This document shows, one piece after another, positions 31,985 through 33,443 of a DNA stretch of 33,443 bases. The translations under genes were made by a program, and so were the position numbers. A model generated the notes under the pieces. That model did no database searches and was not told where the DNA came from. It saw nothing but the letters and a program-made list of their open reading frames with translations. Numbering within the stretch: the first letter of the stretch is position 1; every line of letters begins with the position of its first letter. The stretch comes from Octopus bimaculoides (taxonomy: Eukaryota), in the NCBI RefSeq assembly GCF_001194135.2, contig NC_068981.1, positions 95,989,523 to 96,022,965 on the forward strand, in the 5' to 3' direction.

Positions 31985-32956
31985 GGGCCATGAGGAAGAG
32001 ATAGTGCCTGGTTTCGCAACACTTGCGGGAAAGACATAAACAGGGAGCTCCCGAAGGCCAATTTTTTTGAAAAAGAAAGGGAGGGTTTAGAGATCAGTGC
32101 AGAACCTAGAGAAATTGGACACAACCAGTGATGAGAGGAGGAGAGACGAGTGAACTGGAAACGACTCGGTAGTGAGTTGAGCTATTTACAAACGGTAGCG
32201 TTTGTAAATAGCTCAACTCACTACCGAGAGCAGAGTCCATTATTGGAGTGGTAGAAAAATCACAAAGAGTAGACTGGTCACCTATTAGTGAGAGGTTGGA
32301 GCGTGTATACTAATCATTCAGGAGACTTTTTTCTGGTTATGTCTAAGTGCGCAGCAGCAGCACCGTCCTAAGTGAGGAAGCAATATTCTACTTTGGAGTT
32401 CATTTGAGCTTAGTTGAGTGTGAATATTTGTTGGCGCTGAAGAGAATGAATATATCCTGACCCTGGAGAGAAGGCCAAGTTGTTGGAAATGCGGTACTTA
32501 GCAACGATAAGGATATGGTTTCATCAGGAGAGATCTTCGATGAGAGCATTTGGGACAATCGTGAGGGGACTAGCTGCGTGATGGTCATGTTTAAGGGACA
32601 AATACTGAGGTAATATTTTCTTGATATGAGTAGCGTTTGTGTTTTCTTGCTGTTCAGAGAGATAGGATTGGCGTATCCTCATTGGAGGACCCTGTCGAAA
32701 TATCTATTCCTGGAAACGGTGAGCGAATTTGGCATGTGGTATCTAAGTTTTGTGTGGATGATAGGGACAGAAAGAGCTCGTACACACACAGCAGCGCAAT
32801 TCGAGAGATAAGAGATGGATGGAACCCGAGGCAGGCCGATTCGATAGGAGATTTTCATGTCAGGCACAGTTGAAAGCTTTCGAGGGCGCGAGTCAGTCGG
32901 TGGTTCACATAGGAGAGTAGGACACTGGTGGATTTGACTTTACGGAAACCATACAG
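31985..32956 (-). mobile_element. Decayed Jockey/CR1-group LINE, RT and C-terminal region
   Basis: Minus-strand frameshifted peptides: LYGFRKVKSTSVLLSYVNH (QYGFR..ST), FDRVLQ*GYANPISLNSKKTQ (W..N...FN..KTQ), KAQMNSKVEYC (KAQ.RP..EYC), LQPLTNR...FFYH...GLCS. Confidence 0.8.
32165..32228. repeat. Perfect 30-bp inverted repeat with 4-nt loop
   Basis: CTCGGTAGTGAGTTGAGCTATTTACAAACG-GTAG-CGTTTGTAAATAGCTCAACTCACTACCGAG; no mismatches. Confidence 0.98.
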
Positions 32957-32959
32957 AGG

Positions 32960-33370
32960 ATAACTTTCTTTTATTAGCCACACAGGGTTGCACACAGAGG
33001 GGACAAATACAACTGTAGAGCTTTTCTTAAAAAAAAAAGAAAAAAGGTATCGTATATCACAGAAAATGTCAATAGTGTAAAGCCATACAGATAGATAGAT
33101 AGATATGTTTCTTTATTAGCCACACAGGGCTCAACATAGAAGGGACAAAATACAAATGTAGAGTTTTTTTTTCGAGGGGGGCGAAAACAAAGCAGAAAAA
33201 AAACAAACAAAAGTGGGGACAACGATGAAAAAAAACATCGCAAAACGTTTGGGGTATTTACAAAAAATACGAAATAATACAGAAAATTCCCAATAAATTG
33301 GGAGGTTATCCATGGAAAGAAAAACCTACGAAAAGACCACGGTAACCTCGGTCCTTAGTGTCACAGTTTG
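32960..33370 (-). mobile_element. Two tandem LINE 3' ends (probable Tx1/L1-like 3' UTR)
   Basis: Minus strand GTATTTGTCCCCTCTGTGTGCAACCCTGTGTGGCTAATAAAA (32965-33010) and GTATTTTGTCCCTTCTATGTTGAGCCCTGTGTGGCTAATAAAGAAA followed by (TATC)n (33090-33160). Clade assignment is from recall. Confidence 0.55.
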
Positions 33371-33443
33371 TTAAATAAAATTTCTTTTATTTATGCAAGA
33401 AACGTAAGTAACTCTCTGTTTACAAAATTTTAAAACGTTTTAT

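Noticed and set aside
1-33443. Real tRNA genes or CRISPR-like arrays
   Set aside because: All A/B-box hits are SINE heads without a cloverleaf or terminator, and there is no regular repeat-spacer array.

Overview
This is repeat-dense eukaryotic DNA with about 5 kb of N gaps, most of them beside microsatellites. The SINE families and AT/CA/TAGA microsatellite load point to a cephalopod, probably Octopus (inference). I found no host protein-coding exon, rRNA, intact tRNA or CRISPR array; almost all listed ORFs are gap or microsatellite artefacts or antisense shadows of decayed transposons. The window holds tRNA-derived SINEs of at least four families and decayed LINE fragments: an RTE with three C-terminal C2H2 fingers, a CRE-like RLE element, Jockey/CR1-group RT remnants and probable Tx1/L1-like 3' ends. 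It also holds a hAT Charlie/Buster-type element with an exact 8-bp TSD, three Tc1/mariner derivatives and two foldback elements. Three RNA-level signals stand out: (1) an apparently intact minimal type I hammerhead ribozyme on the minus strand at 30461-30511, with a U3-A8 core variant and palindromic stem III; (2) a full-length U6 snRNA copy fused to the RTE-type SINE tail, with a candidate TSD (7888-8086); (3) a tRNA-headed SINE whose tail is a degenerate hammerhead/Penelope-type end (12146-12400). All family assignments come from manual reading and recalled motifs, not database searches.
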